In this document: positions 46,261 to 56,182 of the stretch, one piece after another | How positions within the stretch are numbered: position 1 is the stretch's first letter | Layout of the letters: each line of letters begins with the position of its first letter | Assembly (NCBI GenBank): GCA_945929965.1 | Contig: CAMEOT010000003.1 | Span: 6,670 to 70,669, forward strand | Origin: an uncultured Lachnospiraceae bacterium | GTDB taxonomy: Bacteria; Bacillota; Clostridia; Lachnospirales; Lachnospiraceae | DNA length: 64,000 bases | Reading direction: 5' to 3' | Notes under the pieces: generated by a model | Told to the model about the DNA's origin: nothing | The model's database searches: none | What the model saw: only the letters and a program-made list of their open reading frames with translations | Made by a program: the position numbers and the translations under genes

Positions 46261-47694
46261 ATGAGCACTACTTCAAAAGCGAGTCAAAGAATAGCAGCTT
46301 TACTCGATGACAACAGTTTCGTTGAAATCGGCGGACTTGTGACCGCAAGAGCTACGGATTTCAATCTGAAACCCAATGAAACTCCTTCTGACGGTTGTAT
46401 TACCGGCTATGGAGTGATCAATGGTAATCTTGTATATGTATATAGCCAGGATGCTTCCGTACTGAACGGAACCATCGGTGAGATGCATGCCAAGAAAATT
46501 ACAAACCTCTACGATCTGGCTATGAAGACCGGAGCACCTGTGATCGGACTGATCGAGTCTGCAGGCTTAAGACTGCAGGAGGCAACCGATGCACTGGCTG
46601 CATTTGGTGAGATTTACTTAAAGCAGACCATGGCTTCCGGCGTGATCCCTCAGATCACCGCTGTATTCGGAACCTGTGGCGGCGGCTTGGGTCTGTTCCC
46701 TACCATGACGGATTTCACTTTCATGGAAGAGAAGAACGCCAAGCTGTTCGTGAATGCTCCCAACGCTTTGGACGGCAATGTGATCACCAAGTGTGATTCT
46801 TCTTCCGCTAAGTTCCAGGCAGAAGAGAGCGGTATCGTTGATGTGGTAGCTGACGAAGCAACCATTCTGGAGAAGGTAAGAGAGCTGGTAAGCTTCCTGC
46901 CTGCCAACAACGAAGATGATGCAAGCTTCTTAGAGGACTGCACCGATGATCTGAATCGTGTGAACCCTGAGATCGCAGGTTGTGTCGGCGACACTTCCGT
47001 TGCTCTGTCCATTCTGGCAGATGACAACAATTTCTTCGAAGTAAAGTCCGGATATGCCAAGAATATGGTAACCGGTTTCTTACGTCTCGATGGTGTTACC
47101 GTAGGTGCGGTAGCTAACCGTTCCGAGATCTGCGACGAGGAAGGCAAAGTAGCAGAGAAGTTAGACGCTGTACTGACCGCAGAGGGCTGCGAGAAGGCTG
47201 CCGAGTTCGTGAACTTCTGTGATGCTTTCGGTATCCCCGTACTGACTCTGACCAATGTCAAGGGTTACGAGGCAACTTTAGCTTCCGAGAAGACGATTGC
47301 CAAGGCTGCTGCAAAGCTGACCTACGCATTCGCTAACGCTACCGTTCCCAAGGTAAACGTTGTGATCGGCAAGGCTTTAGGAACCGCTTATGTGGTAATG
47401 AACTCCAAGGCAATCGGTGCTGACATCACCATGGCATGGCCGAATGCACAGATCGGTGCTATGGACGGCAAGCTTGCTGCCAAGATCATGTATGATGGTC
47501 AGGGCGCTGATGTGATCAATGAGAAGGCTGCAGAGTACGAAGCTCTGACTCTGAATGTAACCAGTGCAGCCAAGAGAGGATATGTGGACCAGATCGTAAA
47601 TGCAGCTGACACCAGAAAATATGTGATCGGCGCATTCGAGATGTTATTCACCAAGAGTGAAGACCGTCCTGCCAAGAAACACGGAACTGTATAA
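46261..47694 (+). CDS. Acyl-CoA carboxyltransferase (methylmalonyl-CoA decarboxylase alpha / transcarboxylase 12S-like)
   Basis: 477 aa with a two-lobed carboxyl_trans layout: RIAALLDDNSFVEIG...GVINGNLVYVYSQD...GTCGGGLG and VGAVANR...LTNVKGY. It is the first gene of the operon. Confidence 0.85.
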   Translation: MSTTSKASQRIAALLDDNSFVEIGGLVTARATDFNLKPNETPSDGCITGYGVINGNLVYVYSQDASVLNGTIGEMHAKKITNLYDLAMKTGAPVIGLIESAGLRLQEATDALAAFGEIYLKQTMASGVIPQITAVFGTCGGGLGLFPTMTDFTFMEEKNAKLFVNAPNALDGNVITKCDSSSAKFQAEESGIVDVVADEATILEKVRELVSFLPANNEDDASFLEDCTDDLNRVNPEIAGCVGDTSVALSILADDNNFFEVKSGYAKNMVTGFLRLDGVTVGAVANRSEICDEEGKVAEKLDAVLTAEGCEKAAEFVNFCDAFGIPVLTLTNVKGYEATLASEKTIAKAAAKLTYAFANATVPKVNVVIGKALGTAYVVMNSKAIGADITMAWPNAQIGAMDGKLAAKIMYDGQGADVINEKAAEYEALTLNVTSAAKRGYVDQIVNAADTRKYVIGAFEMLFTKSEDRPAKKHGTV

Positions 47695-47711
47695 GAAAGG
47701 GTGATTATAAA

Positions 47712-48497
47712 ATGAAGAAATTTTTAAGCTTAGTATGTATGATTACCTGCATCTTTGGTTTGACGGCGTGCGGCAGTGAGGAGACCTATACAGATTACGA
47801 GCAGCGTAAGATGGATACTGCGATCCAGATTGCTACCCAGTATGTGATCCCTTCTCTTGAGAACTTTGAAGACGAAGCTACTCTTGAGAGCTTTTCCGAG
47901 TATACCGCTGATGAAGTGGCATATCTGGTACAGGAAAATGTAGGTATCACCGTTGACGGTTATGCATACAAGACTGCTATCGAGTCTTTCAATTCCGCTA
48001 AGGAAAGCATTGGCGGTATCACTGCTGTCGGTGATGCAGATGCCACCATCGATGATGATCAGATCATTGTACATGTAGATGTGACCGGAGCAAACCAGAA
48101 CGCACAGGCAGAAGTGATCTTCAGCAATGATATGTTCCTGAGCATGGAGTCAGCAGCATTGAATCCCGTAGAATCCATGGGTGGTCTGATGACCAAGGCT
48201 GCACTGAATACTCTGATCGGTATGGGAACAGTATTTGTAATGCTGATCATGATCTCACTGATCATTTCCCTGTTCAACTTCATTCCAAAGATCCAGGCTG
48301 CATTCAGCAAAAAGGACAAGAAGGAAGAAGCAAAGAGCGCGGGCATCGATAATGCAGTAACTCAGAACGCTGCACAGGAAGAGGCCGAGGCAGATGGCAC
48401 TGAGCTGGTAGCCGTAATCGCAGCTGCGATCGCAGCAAGCGAAGGTGCGGCAAGCACTGACGGATTTGTAGTTCGTTCTATCCGCAAAGTTAGATAA
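47712..48497 (+). CDS. OadG/MmdD-like decarboxylase small subunit fused to an N-terminal lipoprotein domain
   Basis: Lipobox IFGLTAC/GS. A soluble domain of about 160 aa is followed by an OadG-type TM segment (LNTLIGMGTVFVMLIMISLII) and an ELVAVIAAAIAASEG tail. Confidence 0.65.
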   Translation: MKKFLSLVCMITCIFGLTACGSEETYTDYEQRKMDTAIQIATQYVIPSLENFEDEATLESFSEYTADEVAYLVQENVGITVDGYAYKTAIESFNSAKESIGGITAVGDADATIDDDQIIVHVDVTGANQNAQAEVIFSNDMFLSMESAALNPVESMGGLMTKAALNTLIGMGTVFVMLIMISLIISLFNFIPKIQAAFSKKDKKEEAKSAGIDNAVTQNAAQEEAEADGTELVAVIAAAIAASEGAASTDGFVVRSIRKVR

Positions 48498-48522
48498 TCT
48501 AAAATCGTAGGAGGATATTAAA

Positions 48523-48891
48523 ATGAAAAATTATACCATTACCGTAAATGGCAACGTATATGATGTAGTAGTAGAAGAGGGCGCATCTACCGGAGCACCC
48601 GTAGCAGCAAAGGCTCCCGCAGCTCCCAAGGTAGCACCCAAGGCTCCCGCAGCTCCCAAGGCAGGCGGCGCAGCAGGCAGCATCAAGGTTGAGGCCGGTG
48701 CAGCAGGTAAGATCTTCAAGGTAGAAGCAAGTGTTGGACAGGCTGTTAAGAAGGGTGACGCAGTCATCATTCTGGAAGCTATGAAGATGGAAATTCCCGT
48801 TGTAGCTCCCGAAGACGGTACTGTTGCAAGCATTGACGTTGCAGTTGGTGATACTGTTGAGGCTGGTGCAGTTCTGGCAACTCTGAACTAA
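48523..48891 (+). CDS. Biotin carboxyl carrier subunit (1.3S / MmdC-like)
   Basis: 122 aa. An Ala/Pro linker (AKAPAAPK, two copies) is followed by the biotinyl-lysine motif ILEAMKMEIPV. Confidence 0.87.
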   Translation: MKNYTITVNGNVYDVVVEEGASTGAPVAAKAPAAPKVAPKAPAAPKAGGAAGSIKVEAGAAGKIFKVEASVGQAVKKGDAVIILEAMKMEIPVVAPEDGTVASIDVAVGDTVEAGAVLATLN

Positions 48892-48929
48892 TTTTTTTAT
48901 CAGCTCTATAAACAACAGGAGGTCATCAA

Positions 48930-50081
48930 ATGGAATATATAGCTAGTACGCTTAACAACCTGATTCATCAGACAGCGTTTTTTAACCTGACCTGGGGAAA
49001 CTATGTCATGATTCTGGTTGCATGCTTTTTCCTTTATTTAGCTATCCGTCATGAGTTTGAGCCGCTGCTCTTACTCCCGATAGCGTTCGGTATGCTGTTG
49101 GTTAATATTTACCCCGATATCATGCTGCACCCTGAAAATGCAGCAAACGGTGCCGGCGGCTTACTGTATTATTTCTATAAGCTGGATGAACTGGCAATCC
49201 TGCCGTCCCTGATCTTCATGGGCGTAGGTGCCATGACAGACTTCGGTCCTCTGATCGCAAACCCTAAGAGCTTCCTTTTGGGAGCAGCTGCACAGTTCGG
49301 TATTTTCGCAGCATACTTCGGTGCGATCTGGCTGGGATTCAACGACAAGGCAGCTGCAGCCATCTCCATCATCGGTGGTGCTGACGGCCCTACCTCCATC
49401 TTCCTTGCTGGTAAGCTGGGACAGACGGCAATTCTGGGACCTATCGCGGTGGCAGCATATTCCTATATGTCACTGGTTCCCATTATCCAGCCCCCTATTA
49501 TGAGGCTTCTCACCACTGAGAAGGAGAGAAAGATCAAGATGGGTCAGCTTCGTCCGGTATCCAAGCTGGAGAAGATCCTGTTCCCCGTCGTTGTTACTAT
49601 TGTTGTATGTCTGATCCTTCCCACCACAGCTCCTCTGGTAGGTATGCTGATGCTGGGTAACCTGTTCCGTGAGTCCGGCGTTGTTCGTCAGCTGACTGAG
49701 ACAGCATCCAATGCTCTGATGTACATCGTAGTTATTCTGTTAGGTACTTCCGTAGGTGCTACCACCAGTGCAGAAGCATTCCTGAATGCTGATACACTGA
49801 AGATCGTAGCTCTGGGGCTGATCGCCTTCATGTTCGGTACTGCTGCAGGTGTTCTGTTCGGTAAACTGATGTGCGTACTGTCTCGCGGCAAGATCAATCC
49901 TCTGATCGGTTCAGCAGGTGTATCCGCAGTTCCAATGGCAGCACGTGTATCCCAGAAGGTTGGTGCGGAATCCGACCCTACCAACTTCCTGCTCATGCAT
50001 GCTATGGGCCCTAATGTGGCAGGTGTTATCGGTACTGCCGTAGCAGCCGGTACATTCATGGCAATCTTCGGAGTGTTTTAA
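48930..50081 (+). CDS. Sodium ion-translocating decarboxylase beta subunit (OadB/MmdB/GcdB family)
   Basis: 383 aa and polytopic. Family-typical segments are [24 protein letters not shown] and [14 protein letters not shown]. Confidence 0.9.
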   Translation: MEYIASTLNNLIHQTAFFNLTWGNYVMILVACFFLYLAIRHEFEPLLLLPIAFGMLLVNIYPDIMLHPENAANGAGGLLYYFYKLDELAILPSLIFMGVGAMTDFGPLIANPKSFLLGAAAQFGIFAAYFGAIWLGFNDKAAAAISIIGGADGPTSIFLAGKLGQTAILGPIAVAAYSYMSLVPIIQPPIMRLLTTEKERKIKMGQLRPVSKLEKILFPVVVTIVVCLILPTTAPLVGMLMLGNLFRESGVVRQLTETASNALMYIVVILLGTSVGATTSAEAFLNADTLKIVALGLIAFMFGTAAGVLFGKLMCVLSRGKINPLIGSAGVSAVPMAARVSQKVGAESDPTNFLLMHAMGPNVAGVIGTAVAAGTFMAIFGVF

Positions 50082-50121
50082 AGCTAATTAAAAGAAAATT
50101 ATATTTTGGAGGATATTCGTA

Positions 50122-51549
50122 ATGTCAGAAATTGAAAAGAAACCGATTAAGATTACGGAAACTGTTTTACGTGATGCACATCAGTCTCTGATCGCTACCA
50201 GAATGCCGACCGAATTCATGCTTCCTATCGTAGATAAGATGGATAAAGTTGGTTATCATTCCGTAGAGTGCTGGGGCGGTGCTACCTTTGATGCATCCCT
50301 TCGTTTCCTGAAGGAAGATCCCTGGGACAGACTGAGAAAGCTGCGTGACGGCTTCAAGAACACCAAGTTGCAGATGCTGTTCCGTGGACAGAATATTTTA
50401 GGTTACAGACCTTATGCAGATGACGTGGTAGATTACTTTGTACAGAAGTCTATCTCCAACGGTATTGATATCATTCGTATTTTCGACTGTCTGAATGACC
50501 TGCGTAACTTACAGGAAGCAGTAAATGCTACCAATAAGTTCAAGGCACAGGAAGGCAGAGGTGAAGCACAGGTTGCTCTGGCTTACACCCTGGGCGATGC
50601 TTATACCTTAGAGTACTGGACCGGCATGGCTAAGAAGATCGAAGAGATGGGTGCAGATTCCATATGTATCAAGGATATGGCTGGTCTGTTAGTACCTTAC
50701 AAGGCTGCTGAACTGATCAAGGCTATGAAGGAAGTTACCAAGCTTCCCATCCAGCTGCATACCCACTATACTTCCGGTGTTGCAAGCATGACTTACCTGA
50801 AGGCAGTAGAGGCCGGCGTTGATGTTATCGATACCGCTATGAGCCCCTTCGCTATGGGTACTTCACAGCCTGCTACCGAGGTTATGGTTGAGACCTTCAA
50901 GGGAACTCCTTACGATACCGGTCTGGATCAGAACCTGTTAGCTGAGATTGCTGATTACTTCAGACCTTACAGAGATGAGTGCCTGGCTAACGGTCTGCTG
51001 AATCCCAAGGTTATGGGCGTTGATATCAAGACTCTGCTGTATCAGGTACCCGGCGGTATGCTTTCCAACATGGTGAGCCAGCTGAAGGAGCAGAATGCAG
51101 AAGACAGATACTACGATGTACTGAAGGAGATCCCCAAGGTTCGTAAGGATCTGGGTGAGCCCCCTCTGGTTACTCCTTCTTCTCAGATCGTTGGTACTCA
51201 GGCAGTATTCAACGTACTGCTCGGTGAGCGTTACAAGATGGCTACCAAGGAGACCAAGGCAGTGCTTCGTGGTGAGTACGGTCAGACCGTTAAGCCCATG
51301 AGCCAGGAGGTTATCGACAAGGTTATCCCCGGTGAGGAGAGAATCACCTGCCGTTACGCTGATCTGCTTGACAACGAGATGGATAAGCTGGAAGGCGAAA
51401 TGAAGGAATGGAAACAGCAGGATGAGGACGTATTGAGCTACGCTCTGTTCCCTCAGGTTGCTACCGACTTCTTCAAATATCGTCAGGCACAGCAGGAAAA
51501 GGTTGATATGACCCAGGCTGACACCAAAAACGGTGCATACCCTGTCTAA
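50122..51549 (+). CDS. Oxaloacetate decarboxylase alpha / pyruvate carboxyltransferase (5S-like), without a biotinyl domain
   Basis: The N-terminus is IKITETVLRDAHQSLIATRM...ECWGGATFD (HMGL-like TIM barrel), followed by a PYC_OADA-type region. The protein stops at 475 aa with no AMKM motif. Confidence 0.9.
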   Translation: MSEIEKKPIKITETVLRDAHQSLIATRMPTEFMLPIVDKMDKVGYHSVECWGGATFDASLRFLKEDPWDRLRKLRDGFKNTKLQMLFRGQNILGYRPYADDVVDYFVQKSISNGIDIIRIFDCLNDLRNLQEAVNATNKFKAQEGRGEAQVALAYTLGDAYTLEYWTGMAKKIEEMGADSICIKDMAGLLVPYKAAELIKAMKEVTKLPIQLHTHYTSGVASMTYLKAVEAGVDVIDTAMSPFAMGTSQPATEVMVETFKGTPYDTGLDQNLLAEIADYFRPYRDECLANGLLNPKVMGVDIKTLLYQVPGGMLSNMVSQLKEQNAEDRYYDVLKEIPKVRKDLGEPPLVTPSSQIVGTQAVFNVLLGERYKMATKETKAVLRGEYGQTVKPMSQEVIDKVIPGEERITCRYADLLDNEMDKLEGEMKEWKQQDEDVLSYALFPQVATDFFKYRQAQQEKVDMTQADTKNGAYPV

Positions 51550-51569
51550 ATAATTTTTCAATAAAAATG

Positions 51570-51603
51570 CCGCACGGTTGCTAGCAACCGGTGCGGTATT
51601 TTT
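51570..51603 (+). terminator. Rho-independent terminator of the decarboxylase operon
   Basis: CCGCACGGTTGC (51570-51581), loop TA, GCAACCGGTGCGG (51584-51596, 1-nt bulge), then TATTTTTA. Confidence 0.8.
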
Positions 51604-51671
51604 ATTAGAAAAACAAAACTCATGAGCATAAAAGGGCTTCAGCCCGGATTGCGAATGGGCTTAATTACATA

Positions 51672-51701
51672 TTGACAAAAGTGCTTCTCACCAACTAAAA
51701 T
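51672..51701 (+). promoter_or_regulatory. Putative promoter of the TetR gene, followed by an imperfect inverted repeat
   Basis: TTGACA (51672-51677), an 18-nt spacer, TAAAAT (51696-51701). AACAAGTGT (51702-51710) and ACACATTGTT (51720-51729) form an imperfect palindrome just downstream and could be an operator. Confidence 0.4.
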
Positions 51702-51759
51702 AACAAGTGTTATAGAAGGACACATTGTTTGCTGTAAAAACAGCGGAATGAGAGGGATT

Positions 51760-52335
51760 ATGGCTCGTAAAGAGATGATCACGATTGACAGGATCCTGGA
51801 TACGGCATTCGCCATGACCAGAGAGGAAGGCTTTGCCAATGTGACCGCGAGAAAAGTTGCGGCGAAGGCAGGATGTTCCACGCAGCCTATTTTCAGAGTA
51901 TATAAGAATATGGAAGAACTGTGGGATGCGGTCTATGAGAGAGCTGCGGCGTATTTTCTGGATTATTACAGCCTGTATCCCCGCACCGGGAAGACACCTT
52001 TTGCCAACTTGGGAATGGCGTACATAGCTTTTGCACGGGAAGAAAGACACCTGTTTGAACTTCTGTTTGTATCCGGTGATCAGGGCAGCAAGCATAAGAC
52101 GAAAAGCATGTATGAGATCCTGAACGGTGATGCCGGAAATGTGGTCTATGAGATCAATCTGGCGAGAGTGGCAGGATGTCCGGACCCCGGAGATCTGTTT
52201 ATGAAAATGTGGATTTTTATCCATGGAGCTGCCTGCATGTCTCTGACCGGAGATTATGACCTGACAGATTTACAGACGATGCAGCTTTTGGAACATTCCT
52301 ATTATGCTTTTTACAATGAGACAATGCGAGGTTAA
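51760..52335 (+). CDS. TetR/AcrR family transcriptional regulator
   Basis: N-terminal HTH: ILDTAFAMTREEGFANVTARKVAAKAGCSTQPIFRVYKNMEEL. ATG 51760 is preferred to 51748. Confidence 0.8.
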   Translation: MARKEMITIDRILDTAFAMTREEGFANVTARKVAAKAGCSTQPIFRVYKNMEELWDAVYERAAAYFLDYYSLYPRTGKTPFANLGMAYIAFAREERHLFELLFVSGDQGSKHKTKSMYEILNGDAGNVVYEINLARVAGCPDPGDLFMKMWIFIHGAACMSLTGDYDLTDLQTMQLLEHSYYAFYNETMRG

Positions 52336-52340
52336 AATCA

Positions 52341-53261
52341 GTGGCAGAATATGATGTTTTTACCCGGATCAAGGAACACTATGCAAAAATGAGCAAGGGG
52401 CATAAAGCCATTGCGGATTATATTTTAGAGCATTTCGATCAGGCGGTATTTATGACAGCAGCCAGGCTGGGGGAGACGCTGGGGATCAGCGAATCTACCG
52501 TGGTACGTTTCGCTGCGGGCATCGGCTATGACGGATATCCGAAGTTCCAGAGAGCGTTGGAGGGCTGTGTGCAGGGAAAATTAAACGGCATTCAGAAAAT
52601 GGATGCCAAATACGGTAAAAGTTCTCAGTCGGAGATATTGACCTCTGTGCTCAGTGCGGATATCGAGAAGATTCAGGACACGATAGACAATCTGGATCCG
52701 GCGGCATTTGAGTCGGCAGTAACTACGATCTTAGAAGCGGAGACCATCTATATCATGGGACTCCGCAGCAATGAGCCATTGGCGGCGTTTTTGCATTTTT
52801 ACCTGAACATGATCCGCGGAAAGGTATTTTTACTGAACACCACCAGTGTCAGCGAGACATTTGAACAGATGATCCATATCGGATCGAAGGATTGTTTTAT
52901 CGGCATCAGTTTTCCAAGATATTCCATGCGGACGTTAAAGGCAATGGAGTTCGCCAATGACCGAAATGCCAAAGTGATTGCGATCACCGACAGTGTCCAT
53001 TCCCCTATGAATCTGTATTCTTCCTGCAATCTGCTGGCGAGAAGTGACATGGTGTCAGTGGTGGATTCTCTGGTGGCACCCCTTAGTGTGATCAATGCGC
53101 TGGTGGTAGCGCTTTGCCTGAAGTGCCCGGAGCAGGTTCGTAAGAATCTGGAGACACTGGAAGAGACCTGGAACAATTATCAGGTGTATCTGAATGATGA
53201 GATTGATTTTATAGATGATGAACCGATGTTGGATTATTCTCTGCGACGCAAGGAGCAGTGA
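52341..53261 (+). CDS. MurR/RpiR family transcriptional regulator (HTH_6 + SIS)
   Basis: An N-terminal HTH (SKGHKAIADYILEH...TAARLGETLGISESTVVRFA) and a C-terminal SIS domain (IYIMGLRSNEPLA...VIAITDS). GTG start. Confidence 0.85.
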   Translation: MAEYDVFTRIKEHYAKMSKGHKAIADYILEHFDQAVFMTAARLGETLGISESTVVRFAAGIGYDGYPKFQRALEGCVQGKLNGIQKMDAKYGKSSQSEILTSVLSADIEKIQDTIDNLDPAAFESAVTTILEAETIYIMGLRSNEPLAAFLHFYLNMIRGKVFLLNTTSVSETFEQMIHIGSKDCFIGISFPRYSMRTLKAMEFANDRNAKVIAITDSVHSPMNLYSSCNLLARSDMVSVVDSLVAPLSVINALVVALCLKCPEQVRKNLETLEETWNNYQVYLNDEIDFIDDEPMLDYSLRRKEQ

Positions 53262-53290
53262 CGTCGATATGTCGGCAAAAAAGGATGAAA

Positions 53291-54550
53291 ATGAGTAATG
53301 TGATAGTAGTCGGCGGCGGTGCTGCCGGTATGATGGCTGCCATTGCGGCAGCAAAATGCGGACATAATGTAACCCTTTTGGAAAAAAATGAAAAGCTTGG
53401 GAAAAAGCTGTTTATTACGGGAAAAGGCCGTTGTAATGTGACTAATGGGGCGGATATGGATGTTTTGTTCCAAAATGTCTGCACCAATGAAAAGTTCCTG
53501 TACAGTGCTTTTTATAGCTTTGACAATACACAGGTGTGCGATCTGATCGAACAGGCGGGCTGCCCCCTGAAGACAGAACGCGGAGACCGGGTATTTCCGG
53601 TATCCGATCATTCTTCGGATGTGATCGCCGCTCTGCAGAGAGAACTGCATAAATATCATGTGGATATTCATCTGCACACAGAAGTGAAAAAGATCCTGAC
53701 GAAGGAAAGTGACGGGAAGTCTTACTTTTACGGAGTGGAATGTGCGGATCATAAGAAAATGACGGCGGATGACTGCATTATTTGTACCGGTGGCTGTTCC
53801 TATGCCAGTACCGGATCCACCGGAGACGGTTACCGGTTCGCAGAGGAGACCGGTCATAATGTAACGGAGCGAAAACCGGCACTGGTTCCCTTAGTGATCC
53901 GCGAGAACTGGTGCAAAGCTCTGATGGGATTATCTCTTAAAAATGTGGAGATCCGGATGCAATGTGGGAAGAAGACCTGGTACGAAGGCTTCGGAGAGAT
54001 GCTGTTTACCCATTTCGGTGTCAGCGGGCCGTTGATTTTGTCCGCCAGCAGCTTTTATTCCAAAAATATTTCTAAACGAAAAGGTGACGATGAGGTAAAG
54101 CTTTTCCTGGATCTGAAACCGGCACTGACACCGGAACAGTTAGATAAACGTCTGATTCGGGATTTTGAGGAAGCGAAGAACAAGCAGTTTAAAAATGCAC
54201 TGGATCATCTGTTTCCTGCGAAGCTGATTCCTGTTATGATAGAACTGTCCGGAATCTCTCCGGAGAAGAAGGTCAATGAGATTGGCAGGGAAGAGAGAAA
54301 AGCGTTCGGTATGCTGATCAAGGCATTGCCCATGACGGTGACGGGGACGAGATCTTTTGCGGAAGCAATTATTACCCAGGGCGGAATCTCTGTAAAGGAC
54401 ATCAATCCTTCCACCATGGAATCCAAGCTGGTAAAGCATCTGTATTTTGCAGGGGAAGTACTGGATCTGGATGCCATGACCGGTGGCTTTAACTTACAGA
54501 TTGCCTGGTCTACGGGACATCTGGCGGGAGACAGCATAGAAGTGGGATGA
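53291..54550 (+). CDS. HI0933/YhiN-like FAD-dependent oxidoreductase
   Basis: VIVVGGGAAGMMAAIAAAKCGH dinucleotide fold, KLFITGKGRCNVTN, and C-terminal GGFNLQIAWSTGHLAG. ATG 53291 is preferred on AAGGA spacing. Confidence 0.85.
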   Translation: MSNVIVVGGGAAGMMAAIAAAKCGHNVTLLEKNEKLGKKLFITGKGRCNVTNGADMDVLFQNVCTNEKFLYSAFYSFDNTQVCDLIEQAGCPLKTERGDRVFPVSDHSSDVIAALQRELHKYHVDIHLHTEVKKILTKESDGKSYFYGVECADHKKMTADDCIICTGGCSYASTGSTGDGYRFAEETGHNVTERKPALVPLVIRENWCKALMGLSLKNVEIRMQCGKKTWYEGFGEMLFTHFGVSGPLILSASSFYSKNISKRKGDDEVKLFLDLKPALTPEQLDKRLIRDFEEAKNKQFKNALDHLFPAKLIPVMIELSGISPEKKVNEIGREERKAFGMLIKALPMTVTGTRSFAEAIITQGGISVKDINPSTMESKLVKHLYFAGEVLDLDAMTGGFNLQIAWSTGHLAGDSIEVG

Positions 54551-54650
54551 TAATCCCACGCGATCCGTAGGTATCAAAGTCGGGGGCTTTTGAGTCCAAC
54601 ATCATAATCACAAAGAAAAAAAGAAAATAAAAAGAAAAGAGGATATGAAT

Positions 54651-55307
54651 ATGAGCTTTAATGTAGCGATTGACGGACCGGCAGGTGCCGGCAAAAGCAC
54701 GATTGCCAGAGCCGTGGCAAAAAAGAAGGGCTTTATCTATGTGGATACCGGAGCAATGTACCGTGCCATGGCACTGTTCATGTTAAGAGAGGGTGTGGAT
54801 CCTGCGGATGCGGCAGCTATCGCCGATAAATGTAAGGAGGCAGACATCACCATTCAGTATGTGGAGGGAGAACAGGTCGTATTGTTAAACGGCGAAAACG
54901 TCAATGCTTATCTGCGTACCGAAGAGGTGGGCAATATGGCATCCACCACCAGCGCACAGCCGGCTGTACGTACCAAACTGGTAGAACTCCAGCAGGCACT
55001 GGCAGCAAAAAGCGATGTGATCATGGATGGTCGTGATATTGGTACAGTGGTACTTCCTCATGCACAGGTAAAAGTCTATCTGACTGCCAGCAGCATGGTG
55101 AGGGCAAAAAGAAGATATGACGAGCTGACTGCCAAGGGAGAGACCTGTGACTTAGTAAAGATCCGTCAGGATATCGAGGACAGAGATTACAGAGATATGC
55201 ACAGAGAGACTTCTCCGTTAAAGCAGGCGGAGGATGCGGTACTTGTGGATACCTCCGACATGACCATTGAACAGGTCATTGACCGGATCGTGGCATTGAT
55301 TGGCTAA
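54651..55307 (+). CDS. cmk: Cytidylate kinase
   Basis: P-loop IDGPAGAGKSTIA, then YVDTGAMYRA and MDGRDIGTVVLP. ATG 54651 is 7 nt after AAGAGGA. Confidence 0.93.
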   Translation: MSFNVAIDGPAGAGKSTIARAVAKKKGFIYVDTGAMYRAMALFMLREGVDPADAAAIADKCKEADITIQYVEGEQVVLLNGENVNAYLRTEEVGNMASTTSAQPAVRTKLVELQQALAAKSDVIMDGRDIGTVVLPHAQVKVYLTASSMVRAKRRYDELTAKGETCDLVKIRQDIEDRDYRDMHRETSPLKQAEDAVLVDTSDMTIEQVIDRIVALIG

Positions 55308-55321
55308 ATGGGAGACGATAT

Positions 55322-56182
55322 ATGGAAGTAAGACTGGCAGACTGTGCAGGCTTTTGTTTTGGTGTAAAGCGCGCCGTGGATACTGTGTATGAACAATTAA
55401 AAAACGGGAAGACTATCTATACCTATGGTCCCATTGTACACAACGAGGAAGTGGTCAAAGGACTGTCGGAAAAGGGTGTACGGGTTCTGGAGAATAAAGA
55501 GGAATTGAAACATCTGAAAGCCGGGGAGAACATTCCCACCGTGATCATTCGTGCTCACGGTGTGGCAAAAGAGATCTATGACATCATGGAAGCAAACGGT
55601 CTGGAATGTATCGATGCCACCTGCCCTTTTGTGAAAAAGATCCATCGTATCGTGGAACAAAAAAGCACCGAGGGGTATCATGTAATTGTTGTGGGAGATC
55701 CGAAGCACCCGGAGGTAGAGGGAATCGTCGGCTGGTGTCCGGGTCCCGTTACCGTTCTGGAGACACCGGATCAGGCAGAAAATTTTGTAAAAACAGAAGG
55801 CGAAAAACTCTGTATTGTTTCTCAGACGACATATAACTACAATAAATTTCAATATATAGTTGAAATTTTTGAAAAAAAAGGTTACAATGATAGTGTTGTG
55901 AACACTATCTGTAATGCTACAGAAGAGCGACAGCGATCGGCAAAGACCATTGCAGCGGAAGCTGACGTTATGATTGTAATAGGAGGGAAGCACAGTTCCA
56001 ACAGCAGAAAGCTTTACGAAATCTGCAAAAGGGAATGTGAGCACACCTATTTTATACAGACACTGGATGACTTGCATTTAGATCTACCTAAAGCTGTTCG
56101 ACTAGTGGGTATTACCGCGGGGGCTTCCACCCCAAACAAATTAATTGAGGAGGTTCAAAATTATGTCAGAATTAACTTTTGA
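55322..56182 (+). CDS. ispH: 4-hydroxy-3-methylbut-2-enyl diphosphate reductase
   Basis: Three cluster-ligand cysteines sit in their canonical contexts: AGFCFGVKRAV, DATCPFVKK and NTICNAT. Confidence 0.93.
   Translation: MEVRLADCAGFCFGVKRAVDTVYEQLKNGKTIYTYGPIVHNEEVVKGLSEKGVRVLENKEELKHLKAGENIPTVIIRAHGVAKEIYDIMEANGLECIDATCPFVKKIHRIVEQKSTEGYHVIVVGDPKHPEVEGIVGWCPGPVTVLETPDQAENFVKTEGEKLCIVSQTTYNYNKFQYIVEIFEKKGYNDSVVNTICNATEERQRSAKTIAAEADVMIVIGGKHSSNSRKLYEICKRECEHTYFIQTLDDLHLDLPKAVRLVGITAGASTPNKLIEEVQNYVRINF

Noticed and set aside
48589-48670. Direct DNA repeat AAGGCTCCCGCAGCTCCCAAGG (two copies) inside the biotin carrier gene
   Set aside because: It encodes the usual Ala/Pro-rich flexible linker (AKAPAAPK x2) of biotin carrier proteins, so it is explained by the coding feature.
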